Counted from the first letter of the whole stretch, positions 12,434 through 23,955 are shown. The stretch: 63,469 nt of DNA, filler included, from 15 parts of 15 records of this genome joined end to end with filler, not necessarily neighbours in it, one strand, 5' to 3'. Notes: generated by a model not told the origin, from the letters alone. Made by a program: numbers and translations.

Positions 12434-12458
12434 AAGAAAAGGTGGGAGGATGTGAAAG
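12434..12458 (+). promoter_or_regulatory. Polypurine tract (12434-12450) and start of 3' LTR (TGT at 12451)
   Basis: aagaaaaggtgggagga|tgtgaaag; the contig breaks just inside the presumed LTR repeat. Confidence 0.75.
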
Positions 12459-12565
12459 NNNNNNNNNNNNNNNNNNNNNNNNNNNNNNNNNNNNNNNNNN
12501 NNTTAATTAATTAANNNNNNNNNNNNNNNNNNNNNNNNNNNNNNNNNNNNNNNNNNNNCCTGACA

Positions 12566-13567
12566 ATGTGGTCGCAGGAAGGGTTTGAGGCTATACGTAA
12601 CCTTATGCGTGACAAGCAGCAAATAACCCTGCTAAATAATGACACAGTAACAGGCGAAACTTTCGACGATATGTACGGCTCACAAAAAGGTCAACAACCG
12701 CAAATGACCTTTATTCATGTGTATGGGTCTCCAACCGAGATGGAAGATGGGGTTCTAAAGGCAGAGATGGAGAAATACATGTACGTGAAGTTCTACAAAC
12801 GTGGACATTTGCGTAAATTTCGACAGGTGGAGAGTGGAGTCCGTCATTTTGGGACACTGCACGTGAAAAAACCGATTCCCACGTTTCTATCTGTCCAAGG
12901 ATGTCGAATCCGTACAGTGTATGACGGTCAGTCGCAACCAGATGTCAAATGTTACAACTGTTGGGAACGAGGGCACATGGCCGAAACCTGTAAAAACGAG
13001 AAAGCTTGCAGGATATGCAGGAAGACTGGTCATATGTCATATGACTGTCCAGTAAAGGAAAATCGTGGGAAGCCGATGTCTGCAAACATAAAGCAGCTTT
13101 CGTATGCTGACGTGCTAAGTGAACGACACGATGACGATGACGTCAGCGACGTGCCTCATGTTGACGAAGGTACCGGTGATAAAGAGGAATGTTCAGACAC
13201 AAAATGTTTGGATGAGCACAGTGTGTGTAAATCCGATATACCAGCAAACATCCTGAACCCCATTCTGAAACCCGCCGCGAGTTGGCCTAATATTACAGAC
13301 AACAGGAAATCGTATCAAGAGGAAGTCGTAACTCCAAATATGAAGAATCCCAAGCGTAAGGCAATAAGTCCGACCGATAATATCAATAGCCATGAGGAAA
13401 TCTCCCCAATCCAACATGTGTCCAAAAAAGTTTCACTTGAAGTTTCACTTGAAGACACAGCACGTGAGGCCAAACTGAAGAAACAATCTGAATTAAATAA
13501 TGTGGTTTTGGATGCCCTAAAAGAAATTGAAGCACTTGCTGCCAGTGCCGATTGCACAAAACTCTGA
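12566..13567 (+). CDS. LINE ORF1p with two CCHC zinc knuckles, probably 5' partial
   Basis: CYNCWERGHMAETC and CRICRKTGHMSYDC, preceded by SGVR...IP...YDGQ typical of Tx1/ZCCHC3-like ORF1. Confidence 0.85.
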   Translation: MWSQEGFEAIRNLMRDKQQITLLNNDTVTGETFDDMYGSQKGQQPQMTFIHVYGSPTEMEDGVLKAEMEKYMYVKFYKRGHLRKFRQVESGVRHFGTLHVKKPIPTFLSVQGCRIRTVYDGQSQPDVKCYNCWERGHMAETCKNEKACRICRKTGHMSYDCPVKENRGKPMSANIKQLSYADVLSERHDDDDVSDVPHVDEGTGDKEECSDTKCLDEHSVCKSDIPANILNPILKPAASWPNITDNRKSYQEEVVTPNMKNPKRKAISPTDNINSHEEISPIQHVSKKVSLEVSLEDTAREAKLKKQSELNNVVLDALKEIEALAASADCTKL

Positions 13568-13879
13568 ACATTCTCCTGGATGACTCCTAAACAATGCCTT
13601 ATACTTTCGTAAATTATTGTTGTCATGTGCGAAAACACTATGGTGAGCAGTTATTTGGGTATAAAAACAAATCACAGAGCTTGCAAGGTTTTAAATTTTA
13701 TGATATACCCCAACATGTATATGCTCATTACAATCCTTGCACAGTATGTAGTAATGTCATTCCAGAATGTGTTCATCTTAAGTTTTTGAATGTTTTATCA
13801 CATATTTATGCTATATTATCGATGCTCAATGGTCAATATGTTTAGAAGATTTACTATATTTGTATTTTTTGCACTTTTA

Positions 13880-16800
13880 ATGATGAATCTGAACTTTTTA
13901 ACTCTAAATGTATGTGGTCTGAAAAAGAAGATTGAATTTGTTTCAAAATTTGTCGACGAAAACAAGGCATCGGTAATATTTTTACAAGAGTGTCATCAAT
14001 TGTCAGATAATGAAGCTAGATTTTTGAAGGAGAAATTGGGTGAAAATTGCTTCTGGAGCGTTATCGACACACAAACTGCTGGAGTTGGCATCATAATAAA
14101 CCCTGCTCTAGAAAACGTTTTTTCACTAGGATCTGTCACTGAACATGAACGAGGCCGATGCTTGGAAATAACATGCACAATAAATGATATACCGTACAAC
14201 CTGATAACTATATATGCACCGAACGACGTGAGGGATCGGAAAACTTTCTATAGCAACTTAGAAAAAAGCATAGCATACAACGAAGAGTCAATGTATGCCA
14301 TTGGAGGTGACTTTAATATGGTGTATGCGGATATTGACAAACTAGGTGGACAAACAAATTATTCAACAGCTGGTTCGGCAAATTGGATTGCTACCAAAAG
14401 GAATCTGAATGTTAAAGATGCCTTTAGACATTTGTACAGCAACGCCAGACAATTTACATGGAGAAATCAAAGGAGTGCTTCCAGGCTAGATAGATTATAT
14501 GTAAGCCCAGATCTTCTCCGACACATGATTACTGTCAAACATGTTCCATGCTTTTTTTCGGATCACGACGCTGTCCTAATAAAGATAGTAAACCCAGCAG
14601 GGAGAAAGAAAGGGAAAGGAATATGGAAATGCAATGTTTCTATATTGAATGATGAACAACTAAGAAATGATATTGCACAATACATAGAAGAATGGCATAG
14701 TCAGAAATGGTGGACGGAAGACCCGCTGGGATGGTGGGATCAGGGAAAAACAAACATGAAAAGGATAATCGTGAAACATAGTGTACGTATAGCCAAATCA
14801 ACAGAAAATGCAAAAAATAACCTACATGGCAGTCTTGAACAACACATAAAGGAATACGACGAAACTAACAACGAACAGGTTCTAGGAAGAATACATCAAA
14901 TAAAAGAGCAACTGAAAAAGATCAACCAAAAAGAAATCGAAGGTGCTGCAATACGATCAAGATGCCAGTATTTTGAAAAAGGCGAAAGCTGTCCATCCTA
15001 CTTTGCAAGACTAGAAAAAAGCAAGCAAAAAAAGAAAGACATGACGTGTTTAATCGATGAACAGGAAAATTCCTTCACAGAACAAGTGGAAATAAAAGGA
15101 GCTGTTTATGACTTTTACACAAACTTATTCAACAGCGAAGAAACAGACCCACAAATACAGCGTGAGTTCCTTGATGGAATAAGTCAAATACTATCACCTG
15201 ATGAACGAGAAGTGTGCGAAGGCCTCATCAGCAGAGCTGAAGTTCTTGAAGCACTCAAATCAATGGCAAACAACAAGACACCAGGATCAGATGGACTTCC
15301 TAAGGAGTTTTATCTACAATATTGGAATCTTATGTCCGAAGATCTTGTTGAAACTTTAAACAATTGCTTTCTACAAAGTAAGATGAGTGACAGCCAAAGA
15401 TTGGCGATAATGGCACTGCTATACAAGAAAGAAGACCATCGCAGGCTCAAAAACTACCGGTCAATTTCATTACTGAACATTGACTATAAGATAATAGCCA
15501 AAGTAATGGCACAAAGACTACGGAAAGTGATCGCGAAACTCATCCATAGTAACCAGACGTGCAGTATAATAGGGCGAAACATCTTTGATAACCTATTTTT
15601 GGTTCAAGCAATCCAGTCTGATGTTGACATGAAGGACAACGAAGGAGCCATACTATGCCTCGATAATGAAAAAGCCTTCGACCGGGTTGAACACAGCTGG
15701 CTTATGGAAGTAATGAGGAAATATGGATTCGGTCCTATGTTTATGCAGTGGCTAGAGGTCATGTACACAGACCTAGACGCACAAGTTTTGGTAAATGGCG
15801 AACTAACGGAAAAGATAAAGATTAAAAGATCATTAAAACAAGGCTGCCCTCTATCTATGCTACTATACATATTATGTGCGGAACCACTAGATGTTGCAAT
15901 AAGGAAAGATGAAAACATCAAAGGTATTATGATGCCAAACAACCAAGAAGTTAAGTTGTCCTGCTATGCAGACGACAAAACGGCATTTATCCGAACAGAG
16001 GAATCAATTAAACATCTCCTGAGATTGTGCCAAAAATTTAAAGATGCATCAGGCTTCAAGCTCAATCATCAGAAGACTGAAATACTACGTCTTGGAAAGT
16101 GGAAAATAGACTGGCCAAAGGGTAAAGCACAGACTCAGTATGTCAAACACTCTGTTAAAATACTAGGCGTAACATTTGCAAACAATCCTTGTCATCAAGA
16201 GAATTGGGAAGCAGTGGTTGTGAAAATTGAAAGAAAACTGAACTTTTGGTCAACCCGTGACTTATCTTTTCAAGGGAAAAGAGTGCTTATCAACAGCTTC
16301 ATTCTGAGCAAGCTTATGCATGTTGGACGTGTTATTAGCATGCCAGAAAACTACATAGGAAGAGTCACTAGAATGGTCTTCAGATTCGTTTGGGGATTTC
16401 CTATAGAGCCTATAAGCAGAGCAGTGTTATCACTGCCACTGGATAAAGGAGGTCTACATCTACCAGACATAAAGTGCAAACTCCAGGCGCTACTCATCCA
16501 AAGAGTAGCACATCTCTTAAAAACGGAAAGCCCATGGAAGGTATACGGAGTATACTGGCTGGGTATAACTCTACGAAAGATACTCAACAGTGGGAGTCTA
16601 AACATGCATGCAAACGCCACTTTCCACCCGGCAATATATACAACAATTGCTCAGCACTATAGGCAAATTGAAGCAAGGACAGGAGGTTTGAAGGTGAACT
16701 GGCACAATGCAGCACTAAAAGACATATACCAAGTATTAATCGAACAGAAGCATGGTGACCTTAAACCCAAAGTAGTTATGGATAATCCAACGAAAAACTG

Positions 16801-17022
16801 GCCAAAAGTGTGGGGAGCAATACACTCAAAATCCTTGGAAAACACACTGAAAGACAATAGCTACATGATAGCCCATAATAGATACAACACGGGTGACAGA
16901 AGGATCAGACACGGCATTAGACACAATAGTCATGGAAAGAAATACAACAACCAATGCAAATTTTGTGGAGTAAGTACTGAAACACTGATACATATGTTCA
17001 CAGAATGCCCAAGATTAGAAGA
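13880..17022 (+). CDS. LINE ORF2p (APE, RT, C-terminal zinc finger), 3' partial; frame open from 13790
   Basis: LNVCGL, LQECH, GGDFN, SRLDR, SDHD; DNEKAFD, QGCPLS, YADD; CKFC...HMFTEC. Confidence 0.95.
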
Positions 17023-17122
17023 NNNNNNNNNNNNNNNNNNNNNNNNNNNNNNNNNNNNNNNNNNNNTTAATTAATTAANNNNNNNNNNNNNNNNNNNNNN
17101 NNNNNNNNNNNNNNNNNNNNNN

Positions 17123-17601
17123 CGTAAATAAATATGCCTAGCTGTAACAAAAACACCTGAGCTTAATAAAATTACAGTATTTAATAAAGGAGTACCTAAA
17201 AACCTTAACACAACTACTCCTGCTGGAGGTCATTGGCAACCTACATCAATCCTTGAGCTTAGAGAACTATGAAAAAAAGCTCAAAAAAATCTAAAAAAAA
17301 ATATAATTTCTCTTAAAATAAATAAGAAAAATCCTAACCGTAAATTTCTTACTACCGAAATTCTATGATATCCTTGAAAAGATCTTTCCCGCACTAAATC
17401 TCGTCACCATGCTAATATTACTAATCCTAAAATTACTACCCCTATTAGTATAGTATTAATAGTAAACCAATGTATCCATTGTACCAAACCCAGTAGCAAA
17501 AAAAAAGAAAAAAACGCACTAAAAATAGGTCAAGGAGACCGAGTAATAAGATTAAACGGATTATTCTGTAACACAACAATATTTATATTTACACCCTTCA
17601 C
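17123..17601 (-). CDS. cox3: Cytochrome c oxidase subunit 3, 3' partial; start uncertain (GTG 17601)
   Basis: NPFNLITRSPWP, WWRDLVRE, FFWAFFHSS, WPP, PLLNT in table 5. Confidence 0.92.
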
Positions 17602-17607
17602 TTTCTT

Positions 17608-18273
17608 TTACTCACATTCTAAAATATAAACTCATCTTAACAAAACAAAAACATACGCCTGTATAAAAGCAGTTAATAATTCTAATAGGAATATTAAAAA
17701 AAACAATAAAAAAAATCTAGAGAAAACTACACTTACTATACCCCCCAAACTTATTATTAAATGACCCACCCTAACATTAGCTATTAATCGTACTCTTAAT
17801 GTTACTGGCCGAATCATTAAACTTACAAATTCAATCCCAATTATAAAAATTGATAATAACAAAGGCACCCCTAAAGGAACTAAATGAACAAAAAAATAAA
17901 AAAAAAAATCGTATATTCTACCTACGACAGAAACTAACCATATAGTTAAAGCTCATATTACAGTAAACTGCCCCAAAGAAGGTACTCTATAAATTCATGG
18001 TATTAAACTAAAAAAATTTAATATAAAAATTATTGTAAAAACTAAGCCAGTAACAAAATCTCGTAAATATGAAACCCCGCCAACCCTCTTAAATCTAGCA
18101 ACTAAATCACTCTTAAAAAAAAAAAGTTTTACCCTAACTATATCAACACAAATACATTTTCTAATCAAAATTATGCAAAATAAAACAAAACCCAAAGACA
18201 TTATAACCCTTCCTAACCAATTTATTAACCAAAAATTTAGGTCTAAACAAAAAAAAATTATTCTACAAAATAT
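17608..18273 (-). CDS. atp6: ATP synthase subunit a; start approximate
   Basis: HLVPLGVP, IRPVTLSVRLMAN, GHL, LELLTAFMQAYVF; TAA at 17608. Confidence 0.9.
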
Positions 18274-18341
18274 CCATTTTAATAGTATAATCTATTCCTT
18301 CTTATTAACAATAAGTTATCCTATTTAGACTAAAAAATGAA
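18273..18341 (-). tRNA. trnN: tRNA-Asn (GTT)
   Basis: Acceptor TTCATTT/AAATGGA; anticodon arm CTTA-TTGTTAA-TAAG. Confidence 0.75.
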
Positions 18342-18342
18342 G

Positions 18343-19021
18343 AATTAAAAGAATTTAACCAAATTAAAAACGAATTAATATTAATAACTTCTACCACAAT
18401 AGGCATAATTCTATGACCCACCCCACACAATTCTGAGCATTGTCCATAATATACTCCAGACATAGGAATTCTTAACCGTACTCTATTAACCCGCCCTGGA
18501 ATACAATCAATCTTAACTCCCAATCTAGGAACTGCCCAACTATGAAGAACATCTCTAGCCCTTATTATAAACCGAGTAGGGACTTCTCCAGGTAAAACCA
18601 AACGTATATCTACATCTATAATTCGTATTTGACCATCCTTTAAATTATCTAAAGCCACTATAAAAGAATCAAACAAAATATTTATTCGAGTATATTCATA
18701 ACTTCAGTACCATTGATGGCCTACAACTTTAACCCCCAACCTAACCCCAGGTTGACAATCTCATATGTACAAAATACGAATAGAAGGAATTCCAATTATA
18801 AATATTACTACCACAGGAATACAAGTCCATCAAATCTCTAGATACTCATGGTCTAAAAACCCCCGATACCCCGTTTCTAAAACTATAGTTTTCCATATCC
18901 AATATCCCACTAACCCCCTAATAATTATAATCAAAAGACAAATATAATTAAAAAAAATTACTATGTTAGAACAAATATAAGTTCTAGGATTTTGAAATCA
19001 CAACCCCCCATAATACAACAT
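18343..19021 (-). CDS. cox2: Cytochrome c oxidase subunit 2 (ATG start; incomplete T stop before trnN)
   Basis: GHQWYWSYEY, DVLHSW, CuA motif CSELCGVGHSIM. Confidence 0.96.
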
Positions 19022-19036
19022 TTTAAGTATTACTTA

Positions 19037-19096
19037 AGTCTAAAACAGTAATTTCTTTAATTTACAAAATTAATATTTTTTATAAACTATTAAGAC
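19037..19096 (-). tRNA. trnT: tRNA-Thr (TGT)
   Basis: Acceptor GTCTTAA/TTTAGAC; TTAAT-TTTGTAA-ATTAA. Confidence 0.75.
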
Positions 19097-19156
19097 AATA
19101 ACAATCTAAATATCTTTTAAATGCAAATTAAATATTTTTTTTTAAACTATATTATT
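19097..19156 (-). tRNA. trnA: tRNA-Ala (TGC)
   Basis: Acceptor AATAATA/TGTTATT; TTTAA-TTTGCAT-TTAAA. Confidence 0.75.
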
Positions 19157-19431
19157 TAAAAAATAGTTACTAAAAACTTACAATCGTCTCATCCTCTCGC
19201 CCGAATAAAATATACTATCAATATTACACCTAACACAGCTTCACATACTCTGATAATAATAAAATAAATAAAAAAAAAATTAAATATGGAAACCCTTTCA
19301 AATCACACAATCCCCCATGCCAATCCCAAAGAAATCATTTCTAATCCAATTAAAATCCTTATTAAATGCACTCGTCATAACATTACACTAAAAAACCCTA
19401 TAAACTCTAAAATAACTCAAACTATCTGCAA
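19156..19431 (-). CDS. nad4L: NADH dehydrogenase subunit 4L (not in ORF track)
   Basis: Table 5 translation gives HLMSILIGLEM...SVCEAVLG; about 91 aa; TAA stop. Confidence 0.88.
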
Positions 19432-19490
19432 TTAAAAAATTTATTTCTTAAGACTCCAAATCCCATATTTTTTATAAACTATTTTTTAAT
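19431..19490 (-). tRNA. trnP: tRNA-Pro (TGG)
   Basis: TGGGA-TTTGGAG-TCTTA arm; ATTAAAA/TTTTAAT acceptor. Confidence 0.72.
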
Positions 19491-19493
19491 ACA

Positions 19494-19553
19494 AGTCTGA
19501 CTTCAGATGAAGACCTTTAATATTGCATATTAATATTTTAAACTCTCAAACTA
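19494..19553 (-). tRNA. trnC: tRNA-Cys (GCA)
   Basis: TTAAT-ATGCAAT-ATTAA arm; AGTTTGA/TCAGACT acceptor. Confidence 0.65.
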
Positions 19554-19612
19554 TAAAACACACAGTGATCTTAAAATTATGAATTTATATGCTTCTTTAG
19601 CTATTTTATAAA
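19551..19612 (-). tRNA. trnM: tRNA-Met (CAT)
   Basis: D arm AGCTAAAGAAGC; loop TTCATAA. Confidence 0.7.
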
Positions 19613-19614
19613 TT

Positions 19615-19676
19615 ATATATAATAATTTTTATTACCTAAAGTATCAAAACCTTTAATGCCTTACAACAATATATAT
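19615..19676 (-). tRNA. trnQ: tRNA-Gln (TTG)
   Basis: AAAGG-TTTTGAT-ACTTT arm; Gln-like D arm TGTTGTAAGGCA. Confidence 0.6.
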
Positions 19677-19693
19677 GCGTACATTTATATAGT

Positions 19694-20692
19694 TTAAACT
19701 ACAAAAAACCTAAAAATAATTAGTACCCTTACAAAATATAAAACTAAACTTAAAATTAATATAACAATGGAAAAAATCTTCAATCTCCTTACTACAATAT
19801 TGTACTCGATTAAACCAAAAGAAAATCTTCCCCCCACTAAATAAAACCGATAATAAATTAAAGATATCAAAATTATAAGAAAAAAATAAAATCTCATAAA
19901 AAAAACTCTTATCACCCCTCTAGTCACCATTGTAAAAAAAAAAAAAAGTTTAATAAAAAAAGAAACAAAAGGAGGTAACCCAAATATACCTAAAATTAAT
20001 AACTCTATTTTGCTATAAAACTCTAATGTAGTTAATTTACCACTTCTTTCTCTTATTCCTTCTACCCTCCTATTACTTAAAATAACTAAAATCATTAATA
20101 AAAATCATCTATAGAATAAAAAGGACAAGATAAATATATCAAACCTGAAAAAAAAAAAAAGAAAAAAATCCCCTACTATACCGATAGCAGAATAGCCTAG
20201 GATACACTTAACCTCACTTCTAAACACACCCAAAACCCTAACAAAAATTCTTAAGATTGATAAAATTATCCCTAAAAATCATAAATTATTCCCAAATATA
20301 TCTAAAAACATAAATAAGGGTAATTTTACTAGTCTAGACATTATAAATAATAAAAAAAAGTTTAAACTCCTATAAACTGTAACTACCCATCCCATAAAAG
20401 GCACTATACCCAGCTTTAAGATAATAAAAAAAAAAAAAATATTTTGATTAAAATCTAATATATAGTAACTAAACAATAACCCGAACCCTCTTACTCTTCT
20501 TACCCAAAAATAAATAAACACCCTCATCAATAACACACGTCTCTCGTATATATAAAAAAATAAAAATAATCTTAACCCTATAATCTCCACCCCTATTCAA
20601 ACTCTTAGAAATCTTATCCCTCTTAAACAAAACCTTAATCTAATAAAAAAAATTAACAAGCCTAAAAAATGACTTATACCATATCGTCGCAC
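19694..20692 (-). CDS. nad2: NADH dehydrogenase subunit 2 (GTG start)
   Basis: WMGVE, LKLGMVPFMGW, GLPPFVSFFIK; continuous frame with TGA=Trp. Confidence 0.9.
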
Positions 20693-20693
20693 T

Positions 20694-21605
20694 TTAAACA
20701 AAAAAAAAAACTACTGCTAACACCACAATAAAAAAAGAAATAGGAAAGATAACTTCTCAAGCTAATCTTATTAACTTATCATAACGAGTTCGTGGAAACT
20801 CAACTCGTACTACAATAAATATAATTGCTAAAATAATTACCCGAAAAAAAAATTCAAAAATAAAAAACCTTACCCATATCCCCATAATAAAAAATAACAC
20901 CAACAAAGAGGATATAAAAAGAATTATCCCATATTCACAAATAAAAATAATAGCAAAGTATCCAGATCCATACTCAACATTAAACCCAGACACTAACTCA
21001 GATTCCCCTTCAATAAAATCAAAGGGGGTACGACCTAACTCAGCCAACATTAACAAAAAAATAATAAACATAAAAGGTCACAATATAAAAATATTACCTA
21101 TTATTAACTGAAATCCTCTAACACCTTCAAATCTTAGTAAAGTTATTAAAATGAAAAAAAAAAGAAAAAAGAAAAAAAAAGAAATTTCATATGATACTGC
21201 TTGTCCTACAGCTCGCAAAGAACCTAGAATAGAATATTTAGATAAAGAACCTCACCCTGCGAATACCAAAGGATAAATCCCAATTCTAATTAAACAAAAA
21301 AAATATAACCCACCCCAAAAAAAATCGTATAAAAAAAATACATTATTTAATCATATACCCAATAATAAAACTACTATCACAAATAAACTAAACGAATATG
21401 GTAATAATGAAACCTTGAATCCAATTAAAAGTAACTTTATAAACAATTTTCCTGCATCTGCAAACGGTTGAAAAAATCCCATTAAACCCACTTTATTAGG
21501 CCCTTTTCGCAAATGAACATAGCCCATAATTTTCCGCTCTAGTAAAGTAACAAAAGCTACTGAAATAAGTAATCCTAAATAAACTATTAACAAAAAAATA
21601 TCAAT
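20694..21605 (-). CDS. nad1: NADH dehydrogenase subunit 1
   Basis: [50 protein letters not shown]. Confidence 0.96.
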
Positions 21606-21609
21606 TTTT

Positions 21610-22629
21610 AAACTTTAAACTTTAAATAAAAAAAAGAAAGTCCTTTCGTACAAATCTCTTAGCTAAAAAGATAAAGACCAGTCTGATTTTCATCGACCTG
21701 AACTCAGCTCACGAAAAAATTTAATGGGTGAACAAACCATCTTTTTAAACTCCTACATCTAAAAGAAAATTAAGCCAACATCGAGGTCGCAAAATCAAGT
21801 ATTAATATGAACTTACCACTTAAATTACGCTGTTATCCCTACAGTAACTTATTTAAAATTCTATATAATAAGATCTTATTATTTTAAACCATATTTTTTA
21901 AATATATTACCCCAACAAAATTTCAAGCTTGAAAGGTCTTATCGTCCCTTTTTAATCTTTTGTTTCTTCACAAAATAAAAAAATTAAACAAAATTTAATT
22001 TAAAAAAATATTATTAATAAAACCATTCATTCAAGATATCAATTAAAAACCAAATTATTATGCTACTTCCACACTCTCAAATTAAAGCGGCCATTAATAG
22101 TACATCGAGCAGGTATCATTTTCAATAAGTTCTAAAAAAAAAACCTTTGTTAAACTTATTAATAATATTCAAATTATTTAATTAAAACCATTCATTTACT
22201 AATAAAAAAATAGTAAAATTAATATTTAATTATTTTTAACCTATGCCTAATATTTTCTTTTTAAAGAAAAATTATACAAAAAAATATTTAAACTTTGCTA
22301 GTTCTAAATTTTAATCTTCTCAATATTTTATAATTCTAATTTTAAAGCTAACCCCTTAAAATTTTAAAGTCAAACTAAAACTAGATATTTAATCATAATA
22401 CTCTAACCAGATATCTTAATACCGTAAACATATCACAACTATAAAAATTTACAAAAAATTTTTTCACAATAAAATTAATTTTTATAGATCAATTAACTTC
22501 GGGATAATTATTTTATTAATTTTTTCTCCTCATTCCATAATGCAAAAGGGAATAACCACAAATTATATAAAATCATCCTCCTTAAATTTACTAATATATT
22601 AAAACACACAATATTTTTAACATATTATT
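21610..22629 (-). rRNA. rrnL: Mitochondrial large subunit rRNA; ends approximate
   Basis: Conserved 16S blocks on the minus strand: AGGGATAACAGCG, GCGACCTCGATGTTGG, GTACGAAAGGAC. Confidence 0.93.
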
Positions 22630-22692
22630 ATACCAAGATATTTTATACATCCTTAAATTAAAAATTTAATACTTTTATTAAGCTACTCAGTA
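22630..22692 (-). tRNA. trnK: tRNA-Lys (TTT)
   Basis: TACTGAG/CTTGGTA acceptor; TTAAA-TTTTTAA-TTTAA. Confidence 0.78.
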
Positions 22693-22837
22693 AAAAAATA
22701 TTATAGTTGACTAGTATTTTTCTTCTCCTTAATCTTAAACTCATACTAAAACTTATTCAAACAAAATAAACAGATACTCAAAAAAAAATAGAAAACAAAA
22801 AAACAATAAATATTCTATAAGGTCCTAACTGAGGCAC
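22693..22837 (-). CDS. atp8: ATP synthase subunit 8 (48 aa; GTG start; incomplete T stop; not in ORF track)
   Basis: GTG CCT CAG TTA = MPQL signature followed by a hydrophobic segment; fills the gap between trnL1 and trnK exactly. Confidence 0.88.
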
Positions 22838-22898
22838 TATAAAGTAAAATTACTTATAAATAATTTCTAAAATTATCACATTATTCTGCCAACCTTAT
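22838..22898 (-). tRNA. trnL1: tRNA-Leu (TAG)
   Basis: TTGGCAGAA D arm; ATAAT-TTTAGAA-ATTAT. Confidence 0.8.
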
Positions 22899-22954
22899 TT
22901 ATTATAATTTACTTAATAATCCTCCATTCTTAAATCTATAACCCTAACTTTGGA

Positions 22955-23015
22955 TAGAAAAGATATCATCATCTAGTTTTTGTAAAAAACTTATTTTATT
23001 TTAAAATATTTTCTA
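22955..23015 (-). tRNA. trnV: tRNA-Val (TAC)
   Basis: TAGAAAA/TTTTCTA acceptor; AGTTT-TTTACAA-AAACT. Confidence 0.75.
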
Positions 23016-23016
23016 A

Positions 23017-23070
23017 AATAACTCTTTTCAGAAATATTAAACTAGCAATCTAAAATTTTTATTATTCTTC
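23017..23070 (-). tRNA. trnS1: tRNA-Ser1 (GCT), probably D-armless; ends uncertain
   Basis: TTAGA-TTGCTAG-TTTAA anticodon arm. Confidence 0.55.
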
Positions 23071-23126
23071 ACTTTAAAAATTTTCTCCTACTGATTGGAA
23101 ATCAGTCATGCTAAACACCCAAAGTA
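23069..23126 (-). tRNA. trnG: tRNA-Gly (TCC)
   Basis: TACTTTG/TAAAGTG acceptor; ACTGA-TTTCCAA-TCAGT. Confidence 0.8.
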
Positions 23127-23840
23127 ATAGAAACACTTTCCAATGATTCTACCTTGTTACGACTTGTTCCAACTAAAATTGGAAACGACGGGCAGTATGT
23201 ACACAAAATAGAAATTTTTCACATTTCTTTTTTATAAAACCTATTACTATTAACTCCAACTTCAAAATTTCAAACCTAAGAAAAAATAATCAATGTATAA
23301 CAAATTCACTATAGTAGACTACATCTTACTTGACCTTACTTAATATTAATATTAAACTAACAAAATCTAAAATTAAATTTTCAACAGTGATATATAAACT
23401 AAATGCTATAGATAATATAACGGAGGATTAACCATTAAGATTCATTATCCGCTAAAATTATAAATTGCCGCCAAATTCCTTCACTTCAAATCACAAGTCA
23501 TATTATAATTGGGTATCTAATCCAAGTCCTAATTAAAAAACAATAATTCCTTCTTAATAAAAATTTCACCCTTGTTAAGACTAATTATTACATATTGCAC
23601 CCCAAGTTTATTCTTTTAAAAAGTATAACCGCGGTTGCTGGCACTTTATTCACCTAAAATTTAATAAATTTCCATAGTCTATATTACTATAAATATATAA
23701 TAAACTTCTCTAGACAATTCCCTTAAGACACTTAAACTATAAAACTAAAATACTAATAAACTTTTGATATAAAATCTAAATCCTAAAACAACTCCTTTGT
23801 TAGATTATTTAGATTAGAAATCTAAACTGTATATTGCTCA
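23127..23840 (-). rRNA. rrnS: Mitochondrial small subunit rRNA; ends approximate
   Basis: GTGCCAGCAACCGCGGTTATAC, GGATTAGATACCC, GTACATACTGCCCGTC and AAGTCGTAACAAGGTA on the minus strand. Confidence 0.95.
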
Positions 23841-23843
23841 AAA

Positions 23844-23900
23844 TTAACGAAATATTTCTTCTTATAATTTCAAATTATATACATCTAAATGATTGTTAAT
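23844..23900 (-). tRNA. trnS2: tRNA-Ser2 (TGA)
   Basis: TATAA-TTTGAAA-TTATA; ATTAAC/GTTAAT acceptor. Confidence 0.72.
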
Positions 23901-23955
23901 CATAAAAATTTCCTTAGTAACTTCACCACTACACTCTAATATAAGCTATATAAAA
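23900..23955 (-). tRNA. trnF: tRNA-Phe (GAA)
   Basis: TAGCTTA...AGAGT D arm; TAGTG-GTGAAGT-TACTA. Confidence 0.72.

Larger units (their letters stand above)
6936..12458 (+). mobile_element. BEL/Pao LTR retrotransposon: gag-pol, accessory ORF, polypurine tract and first bases of the 3' LTR
   Basis: Gag-pol ORF, then an extra ORF, then aagaaaaggtgggagga followed by TGT at the contig end. Confidence 0.88.
12559..17022 (+). mobile_element. Tx1/L1-group non-LTR retrotransposon, nearly complete coding region
   Basis: ORF1 with CCHC knuckles; ORF2 with EN, RT and C-terminal zinc finger. Confidence 0.9.

Noticed and set aside
13594-13845. 83-aa Cys/His-containing ORF between LINE ORF1 and ORF2
   Set aside because: No recognisable motif spacing, AT-rich spacer, overlaps the ORF2 frame; unsupported without conservation data
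18305-18342. C-terminal extension of cox2 to the TAA at 18305
   Set aside because: This segment folds as the 5' half of trnN; an incomplete T stop at 18343 is more parsimonious
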